Assembly (NCBI RefSeq): GCF_009914755.1
Contig: NC_060926.1
Direction: 5' to 3' (one strand)
DNA from: the human T2T-CHM13v2.0 reference genome, Homo sapiens
Length of the DNA stretch: 64,000 nucleotides
The position numbers and the translations under genes are program-made. The notes below the pieces were generated by a model. That model saw only the letters and a program-made list of their open reading frames with translations, was not told the origin of the DNA and did no database searches. Every line of letters begins with the position of its first letter. The stretch's first letter is position 1. This document shows positions 40,500-55,236 of the stretch, in pieces.

Positions 40500-42460
40500 A
40501 AAAATATAAAAAGTAATTCTGACTTGAAAACACTCACTTAGATCAAGAACACTTTCATCTCTCTACAGGCAATGGCAGAACTGCTATTCCTTACATGCAT
40601 AAGCTAAACCATAAAGGAGATACAATCAATACAAATATGAAAGCAAGATTTGTATGATCAAGTGGAATTAAGATGGCAGCTAAAGATGGTAAAGTTATGT
40701 TTCACATAGCATCTTCCTCCAAGAACTCATAACTTGAACAACTAATCTTTGATGGAGAGTGAGAACCAAAAAAGCACACCAGAAGCAATCAACAAAAAAG
40801 GCAATCACCTGCATAGGCAGAAATATCCAAGTGTTCCCAAGATTTAGATTTTGCAAACACATGTGGCACTTAGCTAAACCCTGAAGAGGAGTGCTAAAAA
40901 GAGGCAAAGGGAGAAAAGAGTGAGTGAGGGCAAGTGGAAGTGATGAAAGTGCTCACAAGTAAAAGACAAGCTCCAACTTAGAAAGAAAATTAAGAGTGGA
41001 TACCAACGAGTAATGATATCACACTCTGTGGTGTAGAGAAAAACTTTCCTTTCTAGTGAAATTCCCCTCAATAAAAATCTATATAACATCAGATACAGAA
41101 ATCATTACTGGGGTTAGCTATTTTTGTGAAAATTTGGATTTAGTTTTTGGTTTGCAGTAAGATGACATTTAGCCAAGCAAATACTAAAGAGATAACTTAA
41201 AAAGAGAAATATCTATTAGAAAGCAAGCTTCAGATAATTAAAAAAAAAAACAGGAGGACACCAACATAAAAATTTAGTCATGAGTAGTAAATTAATGTTG
41301 TTTATTTCTGGTAAACTGAAATAAAATGAACATCATAATGGAAAAGGTATAGTATGTAAATTGTGTATGTCTCATAATGAAGATAGAGTTGAACTACAAA
41401 ACTATGGGTATAAAAGATTTTTACTTCACATTAAATCTTGGAGGAAAAGGAGAAAAGGAGGAAAAAGAGTTGACTGGTAAAGTTCATTATAGTTAATAGT
41501 AGGGAACCAATATACTGTATCCAAATTTGGGGGACAGAGATGAGAACATTACATACAAAAGTAAGTATAAGAATTTGACCATTTGAATGAAAGTATAAAA
41601 CTTAAATAATAAAAAGTGATAGAAAAAAATAAAATAGAAATGAAACGACCACAAGAGAACTGAAGCCAAACGTATTGATAATATTTAAAAAGTTAGAGAG
41701 GCTTTCTCACCCTATGCAGAACACTAGAGACAAACCTAAAACAATGAAATCCAGAAACGCTAAACATAAAAACGTGACAATGATGAACTATGGAAAAGTA
41801 GGAGGAGAGTGAAGAATAAAATATTAGCGTCTAGCAAGCTTACTTTCAGAATAAAATCATAATAGATTCTAGTTCACTTTATAATATTAAAAGCTTTAAT
41901 ACTCAAAGAAAACATACCAGATATTAATGTCTATAGCCTCAAAAATGCAGCAAAAGTCTTCATGAGGAAGAAAATACAGAGCTGCAAGAAAAAATAAAAA
42001 TAAGTTTGTAAGAGAAAATAAAACTAAAAAATGCTTTAGAGAGAAACACACTAAAATGAAGAATTGAAAACACATATTCTCATTCCAGGACAAATAACAA
42101 AAATTAGTAAAGATATAGAAGATGAAAAGAGCATGATTAAGAAGGTAATAAACCACACAAAGTCTTTTCAAATAAAAATAGAATATTCACAAAATTTGCT
42201 GTAGTTGACTACAAGGAAAAACTTGACACATTACAAGAAAATGAGTAACACAAATGTATCTAATCACAAATCACATATAAGTAGAAATTAATGACAAAAT
42301 TTAAAAAATACTTTGCATTTAATAATATTAAAATATTTTAAATACTCTGATCAAACAGGAAATATAAAAGAAACATATACAATCTCAAAAAATACAATAA
42401 AACCTATTGTCTAGATTTATTGTATATCGGAGGAATTTTTTATCATTAAAATCCATATCA
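40500..42460 (+). mobile_element. Highly diverged old L1 (ORF1 end and ORF2 endonuclease region)
   Basis: A-rich sense bias with ORF2-like remnants (ATTAATGTCTATAGCCTC; CAAAATTAGTAAAGATATAGAAGA). Confidence 0.5.
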
Positions 42461-44105
42461 ACTTCAGCTGATAAACAACTTCAGCAATGTTGCTGGCTAT
42501 AAAATCAACGTACAAAAAGCACTAGCATTCGTACACACCAACAACAACTAAACTGACAGCTAAATCAGAAAGGAAATCCCATTCACAATTGCCACACACA
42601 CACACACACACGCTACCCAGGAATACAGCTAACCAGGAAGGTGAAAGATCTCTGCAATGAAAATTACAAAACACTGCTCAAAGAAGTCAGAGAAGACACA
42701 AACAAATGGAAAAACATCCCATGCTCATTAATAGGAAAAATCAATGTCATTAAAATGGCTATACTGCCCAAAGTGATTTACAGATTCAATACTATTCCTA
42801 TCAAACCACCAATAATACTCTTCACAGAGCTAGAAAAAATATTTTAAAATTTATATGGAACCAAAAAAGAGCCCAAATACCCATGGCATTGGTTTAGGCA
42901 GTGATTTATTTGATATGACCACAAAGGCACAGGCAACAAAAATAGACAAATGGGATTACATCAAACTAAACAGCTTCAGCACAGCAAAGGAAAAAAATCA
43001 GTAGAATGAAGAGATGACCCACAGATTGGGGAAAAAATTACATATAACTCATCTCATGAGTAGTTAATATCTAAAATATATAAGAGACTCAAATTACTCA
43101 ATAACAAGAAAGCAAATAACCCTATTTAAAAATAAGCAAAGTACATGAATAGACATTTCTCAAGAAAAGACATACAAATGGCAAATAGATATATAAAAAA
43201 TGCTTAAGTACAAAAATTATCAGGGAAATACAATTTATAAAAACAATAATGAGATATCACCTTACACCTGTTAGAATGCCTATTACCAAAAAGATGAAAG
43301 ATGGCAAGTGTTGGCAAGGATGTGAAGCAAAGGGAACCCTTGCACTCTGTTGATGAGAATGTAAGTCAGTATAGCCATTTTGGAAAACATTATGAAGATT
43401 TCTCAAACAAATAGAAATGAATTACCATATGATCCAGCAATCCCACTTCTGGGTATATATCCCAACAAAATGAAATCAGTATGCTGAAGAGATATGTGCA
43501 CTCCCATGTCCATTGCCGTGTTATTCACAATAGCCAAGATACAGAAACAACCTAAGTGTTTAATATGGATGAATGGGTATATATATATGTATATACACAA
43601 TGGAACATTATTCAGTCCGAAAAGGAAAGGAAATTCTGTCATTTGCATCAACATAAATGACTCTAGAGGACATTACACTAAGTAAAGTAAGACAGGCACA
43701 GAAAGACAAATACCACATGATCTCACTTGTATCTGGAATATAAAAAAGTTGAACTCATAGAAGTTGAGAGTAGAATGATGGCTACCAGGGGTCGGGGGAG
43801 TGGGGTGAAAAACAGAGGGGAGACATTGGTCAATGGGTACAAAGTTTTAGTTAGACTGGAGGAATAAGTACTGCTGATCGATTGCACAGCGTGGTGACTG
43901 TAGTTAATAATAATGTATATTTGAAAAATGTGAAGGGAATAGATTTTAAGTTTTCTCACCACAAATGAGTATGTGAGGTGATAGATATGTTAATTAGCTT
44001 GATTTGATCATTCCACAATGTACACATGTATATAGACGTCACAGTGTACATGATGTACAGAATAATTTTTATTGTCAATTAAATATAAAATTCTAAAAAA
44101 TGAAA
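42460..44105 (+). mobile_element. Composite L1: L1PA13-16-like ORF2 piece (42460-42880) fused to an L1MA5-like 3' part (42881-44105)
   Basis: [23 protein letters not shown] with GGAATACAGCTAACCAGG, then a jump in the consensus at ~42881. L1MA-type 3' UTR GTGAGGTGATAGATATGTTAATTAGCTTGATTTGATCATTCCACAATG. Confidence 0.8.
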
Positions 44106-44109
44106 TAAA

Positions 44110-46720
44110 TCATATAACCATCTTAATAAAATCTGAAAAAGCTTTAAACAGACAATTCCTGTAAAAAGCCCTTAAATACTTCCTTGACACAGTAGATGTA
44201 GACGTAGTTGTAGATTAGATAGAGATGTAGCCCTCCAGCAAACAAGAATTCTGATTTAGTTGTAACACACCAGCAGCTTCTTCATTACTTTTTCTGTTAT
44301 TTTCTTTTGTCTGGAACTAGACAAGGAAAGCCACCATCTCTTTGACAATTCAACGCCATTGTAGAGAAGTTAGCCAGTGTGATTAGGCACCAGAAATGGA
44401 GTATAAAAATTGGAAAGGAAGAAGTAGTGTCACCTTTGATGTAAATGGTATAAATGTACACATAAATGTGCCAATAAAACTCAACAAAATTGGCAGATTT
44501 ATGAGAAAAATAAGGGGATCTAGTAAATTCGCTAGAGATATAAATAATATTCAAAAGATCAGTATCTTTTTATGCACATTCAAAAAATAAATATGTAAGG
44601 AAAGAAAGTGACCCACTTAAGATAGAATAGAGATAAATAAAAGAACCATATATAAGTTTAACAAGAAATAGCTTTAACACCCCAAAATCTTAAAAATATT
44701 CCTGAAAAAAGGTGGTTTTGAATGTCAACACATATCAAGAAAAACTCAACATATTAAATGTAATTTTTCCTAAATTAATTTAAAATTGTTAGAATTTCAA
44801 TTAAAATACCATGCATTTTTATGGAAAAAAATAGAACAGTTTATAGACAAATTGATTACAGAATACATTTGGAAGTACAAATAAGTGCTTTCTATATTCA
44901 GTTGAAATTGGAGTGTGTTAATTCTAAGAAGACGATAAAAGTTTAGTTCGTAAATTTTAATCCCTAGAACAACAAATTAGTGTAAAAAGACTAGTGTAAA
45001 TAAATGAATAAATAATCTTGAAACTAGATAAATTATAGTGAAACGCTTTGTACACATGTTTAAATAACCCAAACAGAAAGTAGAAAGAGGAAGGGAAAAA
45101 AGATAAATAAAAAGCAGAGGGAACTAATAGAAGGTAAATAAGAAAAAGTAGACAAATCCAAATATATCATTAATTACATTAAATGTAAGTGGTCTTAAAA
45201 CACTAATAAAAGAGACTAGATTTGGATAACGGGTTAAAAGGTAATAACCCAACACCATCTAAAATAAACCCCCTAAGAACAACGATATAGATAAGCTACA
45301 ATTAGAAACATGGAAAAACGTTATACCATGCAAAAACAAATCAATAGTAATCTGGAGACAAAACAGATGTTAGAACAAATAAAACTAACAAAACAAAAAG
45401 AGATAGTATATAAAGATAAAATGATCAATTCACCTAAAAGACACAACAATCTCAAATGGGGATATGTCTAACAAAGGGTTTTATAAATGGAAAAATCTGA
45501 CAGAAGAGAAAGAAAAAACATACAAATTCACAATAGAGAACTTCAACATTTATCTGTAAATGATAAATGGATAGAAAACCAACAAGAATTTAGAACAACA
45601 TTATCAACCAACTGGATCTAATGGATATTTATAGAACATTCTACCCAAACACATGAATGTCATTTTTTCAAGTATATGTGGAACATTCACCAAAACAGAC
45701 ATATCCTAAAGGAAACTTTAACAAATTTGAGTGATTCAAATCAATGTAATATATTATTTATGTAGATAGTGTAATTAAACTAGAAATTAATAGAGAGGGG
45801 AAATATCCAAATTCTTAGGTATTAAATAACGCATTTCTAAATAATCTCATAAATCCAAAATAAAACTACAAATACATAGAAAGATACTCAATATTGTACA
45901 GTTGTTCTCGCCATTATTATAAGGCAAATCTATTAATGAAACAATCAATCCATCCATCGGAACAAACATTAATGTCATTCTACTAAGAAAGTAAGATGTA
46001 AAACTGTTTTTATTCCCTGATGACATCATTCTGTAGAATATCCTAACAAATCTGCATTTAAAACTACTAGAACTAATAAAGAAGTTTAGCAAGGTTGCAA
46101 GATGTTAAGATCAATAAATTGCATTTTTATGTACTAACAACAAATAATTTAAATATGAAATTATGAAAATAATTTGTTTTATAATAACAAAAATATAGAA
46201 TACTTAGGAATACATTTAATAAAATAACTTCAAGACATATTCAATTAAAACTACAAAGTATTGGTGAGATAATTGATCCAAATAAATGAAGGCCATTCCA
46301 TTTTCATTGATTAGAAGACTCAATATTATAAAGATGGCAATTCATCCCAAAATTGATCTATAGATTCAATTCAATGTCTGTCAGAAGCCAAGCAGAATTT
46401 TTTTGTTGTTAAAATTCTTAAACTCACCTAAAATTTACCTGAAGATGTAAAGGCCTTTAAATAGCCAGAAAAACTCGGGAAAAAAAAGTAATGCTAGAGG
46501 ACTTATACTACTTGATTTTAAAACTCACTATAAAGTTACAGTAATCAATAGGGTATGGTATTGGTATAACTATAAGTATCTGGATCAATAGAACAGAATG
46601 GAATATCAATCCAGAAATAAACTTTTCCATTTATGATAAATTAATTTTCAAAAAAAGTTAAGATATTTGCTGTGGAAAGGATAATGTTCTCAAAAAAATT
46701 GTGCAAGGACATTGGATATC
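44110..46720 (+). mobile_element. Old L1 ORF2 relics (L1ME-like 44110-44880; L1MC/MD-like 44890-46720)
   Basis: Endonuclease start ATTACATTAAATGTAAGTGGTCTTAAAAC at ~45170 and later ORF2 motifs AAGATGGCAATTCATCCCAAAATTGATCTATAGATTCAAT. Confidence 0.7.
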
Positions 46721-49272
46721 AGTTTTAGTTGAGGTACATTTTTTATTGTCAACCCAAAACTTCAAAATGGTGTTTTATTAATATAAAAGTTATAAGAATA
46801 GGCATACCTGACTCCCAAACTAGAAATGTGGCTGATCAACCTCACAGGCATGAAATATAGATGGCTGTGTGAGCACTTGTACTTCATCAGTGACAACAGT
46901 GTTAGTTCCCTGTGCTTTTACTCTTAGAAACATCTGTTAGATTTTGGCCAATGATACAAACTGACAGAGGAAAATTATGCATAGTACTGTAGGTGGACTC
47001 CTGACAAGATCTGGATTAGCAATATGCTGCAATCATTTTTTTAAGTATACATGTAAATACATATATCCCTCATGCACAAGCACACAAAGATATACATGCA
47101 ATATTTTGAATCAGATAGCTATGGGTATTGACTCAATTTATATCATTTATTAACTGTAATTTACAATGAACTGATAGGAAATATAATCCTTCCCATTGTT
47201 GTGAATTTTAAATTAGATGATACATGTCAACCAGTTCCCACAATCAACACGTGAACAAGCATGTTTGGATATTCACACTCACACATGCACACACACACAA
47301 TCCTAAACAGCATACCCTTTTCTAGGGAAGAAAAATAAAGAATTTCCAATTTAAAAGGTAAGAGGGGCTATCTGTATTATATTTCAAGAATCCAAGGTCT
47401 ACTGTTGGTGTCTGTCATTGACAGGCAATAAATCAGAAAAATAACAACCATGACAACCTCATTTCTAATTGGGACAATCAAATTTTCACTTTCATGAAAA
47501 TGGTTAGAGGCTGATGCACAGTAAGGTTAACTCCTCCTTGATGCTTCCCACCCCAAGGAAGTTAGGATAAAACCTCCTTAAGCTTGAAATCATGTGTATT
47601 TATATGATTCATACTCTATTCTGGATTTCCAACCCAGAAATGGGTCACCACAGAGTGTGTGAATATAAGATTGTGGCAGTAATTGTCACGATCAGGAAAT
47701 TCATGCTTCAGTGATACTTTCCTATACCTTACTCTTAATGAAATGGTAGAAATATATAGGAATTCATTTACACAGTCATTCAGGTTTCATTAAGACTAAA
47801 GATATTCAGTTTTAAAGTTGTGTAAAGTTTTTAGGACAAAGGCCTAAAACCCAGACTTTCTAGATAGGAAAACAAATCTAAATAACCAATTGGGATGAAA
47901 AAGTTACTTACTTGCAATGTTGTGAGGCTCCACAAAAATTATACTTTCTACAGCCATGCGCAGATTATGTGGTAGAGGATGTTTCAAGTTTATGTCTGTT
48001 TATTAATCTAATTTGATAACTTCAATTTTCTTAACAGACTTATTTTTGATCTTTTTAAAATAACACGGTTTAGAAAATTTTGCACAAGAAATATAAAAAA
48101 GCTAATCTTGTGTTGGGCCCAAATGAATATCTGAGAGTCATTATACTGGAGAGCAGGGAATGTTGGGTGGAGTAATTGGGAAAATTACATTAAAAAAAAT
48201 AGCCAACCAACCAACCACTGAAATTCATACCTGTGGTTAATATGTAAAAAGGTCTTACCCTTTGGATATCATAACACATGCACATATATTTTTTCATAGA
48301 TTTGACAAGGACTATACTGTAGTATTCCTTAACTAACATTCACAAATCAATGGTTATGCTATGTCACTTTATCATTTTTACAGTGCTTTAACATATTGCA
48401 GTATGTTTTACACATTTTATTGATATGGTAAGTGAAGTTCATGGAATTAGGGGAAAGAATTCCATTGCCAGAGAGTAAAGAAGCTTGTCTCAAATCCAGC
48501 TTCCCTAATTCTTTTTACTATACCTATGGTGCTTCATGCAGCTATTAGTATGAAAATAAGATTTATTGACAAACATTAAAATTATTAATGATCATAGAAA
48601 TAGTACCATCAACATCCTAAAAACAGTAGCGTAAGCCTTGGAATAGCTGTTCTCCTGTTCTCCTGTTAACACTAGCTACTTTATCACAAGTGTATTTCTA
48701 AATATTATAAATTATGAATTTGTCTACAGCTTCCTTCCGGAGGAAATAACCTCAATGTGTGCGCTGAGGAAACCATAAATCAGTCACTGCAGCAAATGAT
48801 TGTTTTCTACTTTCTAATCAACACTACCTAAATATCCACCCTCATTTTTCTTATACTATAATTGTACAGAATCATTACTCTTTTTTTAATTCTTAGCCCA
48901 TTGAAAGATTTATATTTTCTTGCCATACACCTTGATACTGATATTATTTCCCAGGAAAAATGATATTTTAGCATGGCTATAATGCTCTGCATGGCACTAA
49001 TATTACAGAGAGTCTATCTGTAAAATGCCTAGGTGATAAACAGGATAATTCCATTTAAATAAGAATAGTGTGGGAGACATAAACCAGGGGATAGATTCAA
49101 CAAGACATCTTACTCTTCTGCCAGGACTGTGGATAACACCTTATGCCTGTTAACTTATGGAAGAAAAGCACTTAAATATTACTAAGGCTGAGAAATAAGG
49201 AAGGGGCTCATTGAACATTGATTATGGACCAGTACGTGTCTTATACACTTTGCTTATATGTTATAATGTTTA

Positions 49273-49796
49273 TGAAACTGGCCCAATTGTCCTATAGAAC
49301 TGATGTTTATGGTTTCTTTTGAAAAAAAAAGTAAAGAAAAAAGTTGACCCTCCCAGTCTTAAAACTGAAGAAAGTTACACTTTTCTTATCTGAGTTCCTT
49401 TCTCAGGAAACCAACTATCAGCCTTCCAAGATAGTTTCAAGGAACTGCAACTCACCAGATAACTGCACCTGGACAATGAGATGCCAGACCCAGACCCCTT
49501 GCCGATAATGGTTGCCTAAGTAACCTGCTGCTGCCTGTTGAACACCTTCTCTTCTTAATACTCTCCTAATTCCTATTTTTCCATACTTAGTTACATTTCT
49601 TCCCTTATTTTTCTACGTCTAATTTTAGTCCATTGAGAAGATTTAGTCCATTGGGACATTTGAGTGATGTCCCATTCTCCTTGGCTGCAGCATCCAAATA
49701 AAGCCCCTTTCCCCGGCAATGCTCCTTGTTTCAGTGATTGGCTTTCTGTGAAGCAAGCAACAGGACCTAGACTGAACTCTTGATGTTTCAGTAACA
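49273..49796 (+). mobile_element. ERV1-class solo LTR (MER39/MER39B-like)
   Basis: TG...CA termini (TGAAACTGGCCC...TCAGTAACA), AATAAA at ~49697, perfect 4-bp TSD TTTA (49269-72 and 49797-800). Confidence 0.85.
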
Positions 49797-50149
49797 TTTA
49801 GTTACACTCCTAGCAAATATGGTGGGTAAGTTATATAGATTGTAAAATAGAAAGATAGAATCTGGACTGGGATTTACATAATTATGGTATTATTATTATT
49901 TTACAAAACCATGCAAAGTAACAGACTAGAACACAACCCACAGATTTGTCATTTCATAAAGGTAGAACCTGAGACCAAGTGAGTTTGAATGACTCACCCA
50001 ATTTCATACAAGCAAGCAGAGGAGAAATATATACTCCTATCCCTGGATGATTTAAACTATGGTCTATCTGGCTTGATGTAATGGGCTTCAAGTGTTTCAT
50101 TCACACTGATTACACCCTAGTTTATGCAAAAAATAGGACTGATAAGCTA

Positions 50150-50433
50150 CTTTAGGCTATGGTCTAAACTTTAGACAAGTACATTCAATCAAGTACCTCT
50201 ATTGGCAAGACATTGAGTGCTGAGGATAAATTGGTGAATTACAACAGCAAAATCTAATTTTAGGCTTTAGGCTATAGTCTAAACTTCAGACAGGTACATT
50301 CAAACAAGTACCTAATTTTAGACTTTAGGTTATAGTCTAAACTTTAGACAAGTACATTCAAACAAGTACCTCTATTGGCAAGACATTGAGTGCTGAGGAT
50401 AAATTGGTGAATTACAGTAGCAGAATCTAATTT
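50150..50433. repeat. Local complex duplication A-B-A-A-B within an L2 relic
   Basis: A (~49 bp) at 50150, 50265 and 50323; B (~62 bp) at 50199 and 50372. Confidence 0.92.
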
Positions 50434-51417
50434 CTATCCTCATTGAACTTCAACTCTAGTTGAACTCTCTTGCCCACTCCTGCCCACACTTGCATGAAAT
50501 TCCTCCATACAAGACATTTTCCATGGGTTTGAAGAGGCTGCTGCTCAAGCGATCCAGGCTGAAAATATTCCAGAACACCTTCCCCATACTCACTTCTCCA
50601 CATGCAGTGAATAACACCAACATTAGCTAATTTTTACTAGACTTGTATAAGTGCTCTGCTCTTGTGCTTCAGGTGTACTGACACATTAAACTGTCAGAGC
50701 TTCCTGTCTATTTACATTTGAGTAATCGGAGGCACAAAGGGTTTGTGAATAATGACCCTAAACTGCCAACCTCTGGAATTTGTGGAACCAGGCAATCCAA
50801 AGCCTTCTGGCTCCAGCATCACCCTTGTGGCCACTAAGTGGTGTCACCAGCAGCTGCTCTGGGCTGCTTGTAATGTCTTATCCTGAACACAACTTGAACA
50901 GCCTGGAGTGCCCTTTCTGTGCTGTGTCCACACGTGTGAACCTTTCCCTTCATGCAAGGCCAGTGTCAGTTCTAACACCCCCAAGAAATATCATCACAGT
51001 TCTCAACACATATTGGTGCTTATGCCTTATTACATTTTTCATTCAGCATGCAAAATGATTATCTCTGCCATAGTGTATTTATTTTACTTTGACTGTGTAC
51101 GATGGCCTTTAGCAGATCATTTAGTGTTCACAGTGCCCCTGCAAAGTGTATATTATGGTCTTCATTAAACAAATAAAAACATTCAGTACAGTTTAGTGAT
51201 TTGCCCAAGGTCACAAATGTCTTGTGTTGGGCTAGGATTCAGAGCTGTGCAATCTCTAAACTCAATGCATTTTCATTACTAAACTTTCAAGAAGTACATT
51301 CAATCAGGAAATACTATGGTTATACTTCTGTTGACATTGAAAGATCCTGCCCATGACTTCACCATTGGCACCAGCAGAAAAGGAGGAAACAAACAAAAAA
51401 GCCTATATTACGGTATC

Positions 51418-52198
<781 letters not shown>

Positions 52199-53769
52199 GT
52201 GTTTTAAGCCCAATTCATTCATTTAACTAACATATCAAAATTGCCTACTATATGCCAAGAACTATGCTAGCGTGAAAAATCATGAGATGAAGAACGGAAG
52301 TATAAAGGGAGGGAATCATGGAAAGATTCCTATAAGAAGTGACCTTTGGCTTCAGTTTAAAGAAATAAGCAGTGATCAGTCAGTACGATATATGGCAATT
52401 GGGTTCTAAGGCAAAACAGAGACAGAGTTGACTAAAGAGAAGAGTATTTTCATCTAATTTGTATGCTTCATTTGCTTACATTCTAATTGCTATTTGTTAT
52501 TTGTTGGAAAAATTCAGCTCTGCCATCTGAGTTTAAAGCAACGCCATGTGCTTCCCCAGTCTAGGAGATCAAGCTATGATATTTAATCCTACTCTTTAAT
52601 ATTACCTGATTTAAAACATTACATTTTTAGATGAAAAATATTCTCAGGAGAGGTATGCTGTATATTTTTCAGCAAAGAATGTCCAGATGTTCTTTTTGGA
52701 GAAGAAGAACTACAAAGTTAGAGCAAATACTCTTATTTATAAGAAGAATGAACTCAGTGGGTGAGAAGGAGAATACAAATGCAACAGCCTCAAATTAGCA
52801 GTGGATGCCTACTGGGCTCCTGCAACCCCTTTCCACGGGTGAGCAAACTCTCAAAGCTTGAGCTGTTGTTCAGGTTTTCCCTAGGGAAGCATTGATGGTG
52901 TCCTGGGGGCACTGCACTGCAGTGATGGCCAGCAAGCCTTGTAAAATACAAAGCATGGTACAGGATATGCATGATAAAATCACCTTGCTCAAATAAATGC
53001 AGCAGGATAAATGGATTTCATCTTCTAATTCCTTTAGATTCCACCAGATGGCTAGCTGGTAATGACCCAGACACCTCTCAGTAATCTCCCAGAAAGCCTG
53101 ACAAATATGTTGCAAACTTAGCCACATTTTAGAGTTTGCAACGCCCTCTTAAAAGCATGATCTTTTTTAATAGTGATCACTTCCATTTTTAGGCCCTTTA
53201 TACGTTACTTTTGTCATTTTATATTGCTTCTTTTTTTCTGATCCTTGCAAAAACCCTGTCAAGAAAGCAAGAAAATATTTTTCCCCCTCAGGACCTGGAC
53301 AATATCAGATAGAATGTGTCACATAAATATGTATTCCACAATGAAAGTTCTATAGGTTTTAAAAATGAAAGCTCAAAATGGCCAGGTGATATTCCTCAAT
53401 TCATATGAGCATAGATCTCTTACCTTTTTTCTTGATATTATATTGAATATGTGAAGATATTTGAAATAGTTTATATATGAGTAATTAAACCAGCTCATCT
53501 TTTTCTCTGTTATCTTCTTTATTGCTTTAAATCTTACAAACCCATTTACCAACCAAAAATAAAGAGCCTAACTATATTGCTTTAAATTGTAAAAATATGT
53601 AAGCATCCACACATAGACATACAGGAGTTAGAATCCCAAAGGGAAATACTTCTTACCAGACGTAGAGGGAACCAGAATAGACATAAAGCCATAAGGACAC
53701 CCTGAGTGTCAAAAAGAGATTTCAGAATTCTCTACAGTTTTATTACTCTTTTTAGATTTTCACTCATTC

Positions 53770-54193
53770 ATAAGATTATATTGGCGGCAACCATTTAGTA
53801 CATTTAATTATCCCCCCAATCTGTCACAGTTGAGACAAAAGTTGACCAACCTAGTATAATCAGAAAACTTATTCTTGGAGTTTGAAGCAAAAATGAGATT
53901 AAAATGTTTTTGGATGTGACTGGATCATGTTAGTGGTTATCTACAGGGCACAAAAGTCCAGCTTGCAGAAAGAAAGTATAGAAAAAAATAGATAAAACTC
54001 TTAGAGGATAGAAGGAGAAAAAAAAAAACAGACAGAGAATATTGACTAATTTTCTCTTAGTTGGTTCCAGAAATTTTCTCAGACCAAGTGGTACTTCAAT
54101 CTTTTGGTTCCTTTAGTCACCACCCTCTTCTTTTTTGATTTTTCCAATTTGTGTTAACACTTGCCTGTATTGATCTCTTGCATTTGCAACCAC
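53770..54193 (+). mobile_element. Possible old ERVL LTR (LTR33/LTR16-like)
   Basis: 3' motif ...GCATTTGCAACCA and an internal AG-rich tract; very diverged. Confidence 0.35.
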
Positions 54194-54194
54194 A

Positions 54195-54340
54195 TGAATG
54201 TGAAATCCATAAGGGCACAGAGTTTTGCTGGTTTTGTTCACTATCATGTCCCTTAACACCTAAAATAATGCTTAGCACTTAGAAATCTCTCAATAAGTAG
54301 CTTTTGCATGAATGAATGAATTAAATCAAATGAATGAAAG
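54195..54340 (+). mobile_element. L2 3' end
   Basis: GAATGTGAAATCCATAAGGGCACAGAG...TTTGTTCACT...CTCAATAAGTAG...(GAAT)n. Confidence 0.8.
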
Positions 54341-54960
54341 AATAAAAGACTATTAACTAAATAAAGCCAAGGGTCAGGAATTAAACATATCACAAACATG
54401 CTTGGAATCTTTTACTACATAATTGCCTTCAGAATATCATTACTGTACAGTAACACCTAGAGAACATCTGTAAATTAAATAGTTTGATTACTGAAAAAAA
54501 CTTAATTTTAATAATGCTCAGTAAAAACAATTCAATCTCAACAACTGAAGGACTAATTTTATATCAGCAAAATGACTTTAGTAATTTTCACAGAAACATT
54601 TGTCAAACGTATAATCTTGAAACTATTTTCTTTATCTCTCCTTTCTATAAACATAATGAGCAAGTATTTAACAAAAGACTTTTTGTTTGTAACACAATTT
54701 GTAATGTTTTCATCATTCATTAATGTTTTTAAGAATGTCTCTAAGCACCAATATGTTTCAGAGCCTGTAGTAGTCATGAAGATAAAATAGTATTTCACAT
54801 GCTGGCTTTCTTTCTGCTGCACATGGTCTGGCTTATACATCTTTGTTATGCAAAACTCATCCCCTTCACTGACCTTCACAGGAGAAAACTGCACCAAGAA
54901 TATTGCTATTTTTGTAATTTTACTAAATGCTTAGAACATAGTTTAGAGGTTTCTTCCTTT

Positions 54961-54974
54961 CTCTCTCTCATATA

Positions 54975-55030
<56 letters not shown>

Positions 55031-55236
55031 ATATACCATACTCCACATATGCATATATACACATACACCACACATAATACACCACAGTCATACCACTCAC
55101 ACTCATCACATACACCCACACCACACATCACCTACCACACATTACACTACACACATGTGCACACATACCACACAAACCACACCCCCCAAGCACACATCTC
55201 ATATATACAATCACATCACACACACACACACACACA
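54961..55236. repeat. (CT)n(CA)n microsatellite followed by a CA-rich low-complexity tract
   Basis: Direct inspection. Confidence 0.95.

Noticed and set aside
50150-50433. CRISPR-like look (repeats with internal palindrome and intervening segments)
   Set aside because: The intervening segments are themselves duplicates, spacing is irregular, there are no cas genes, and the context is primate DNA
53415-53432. Strong minus-strand donor AAG|GTAAGA
   Set aside because: No convincing acceptor or exon-like sequence upstream on that strand; expected by chance
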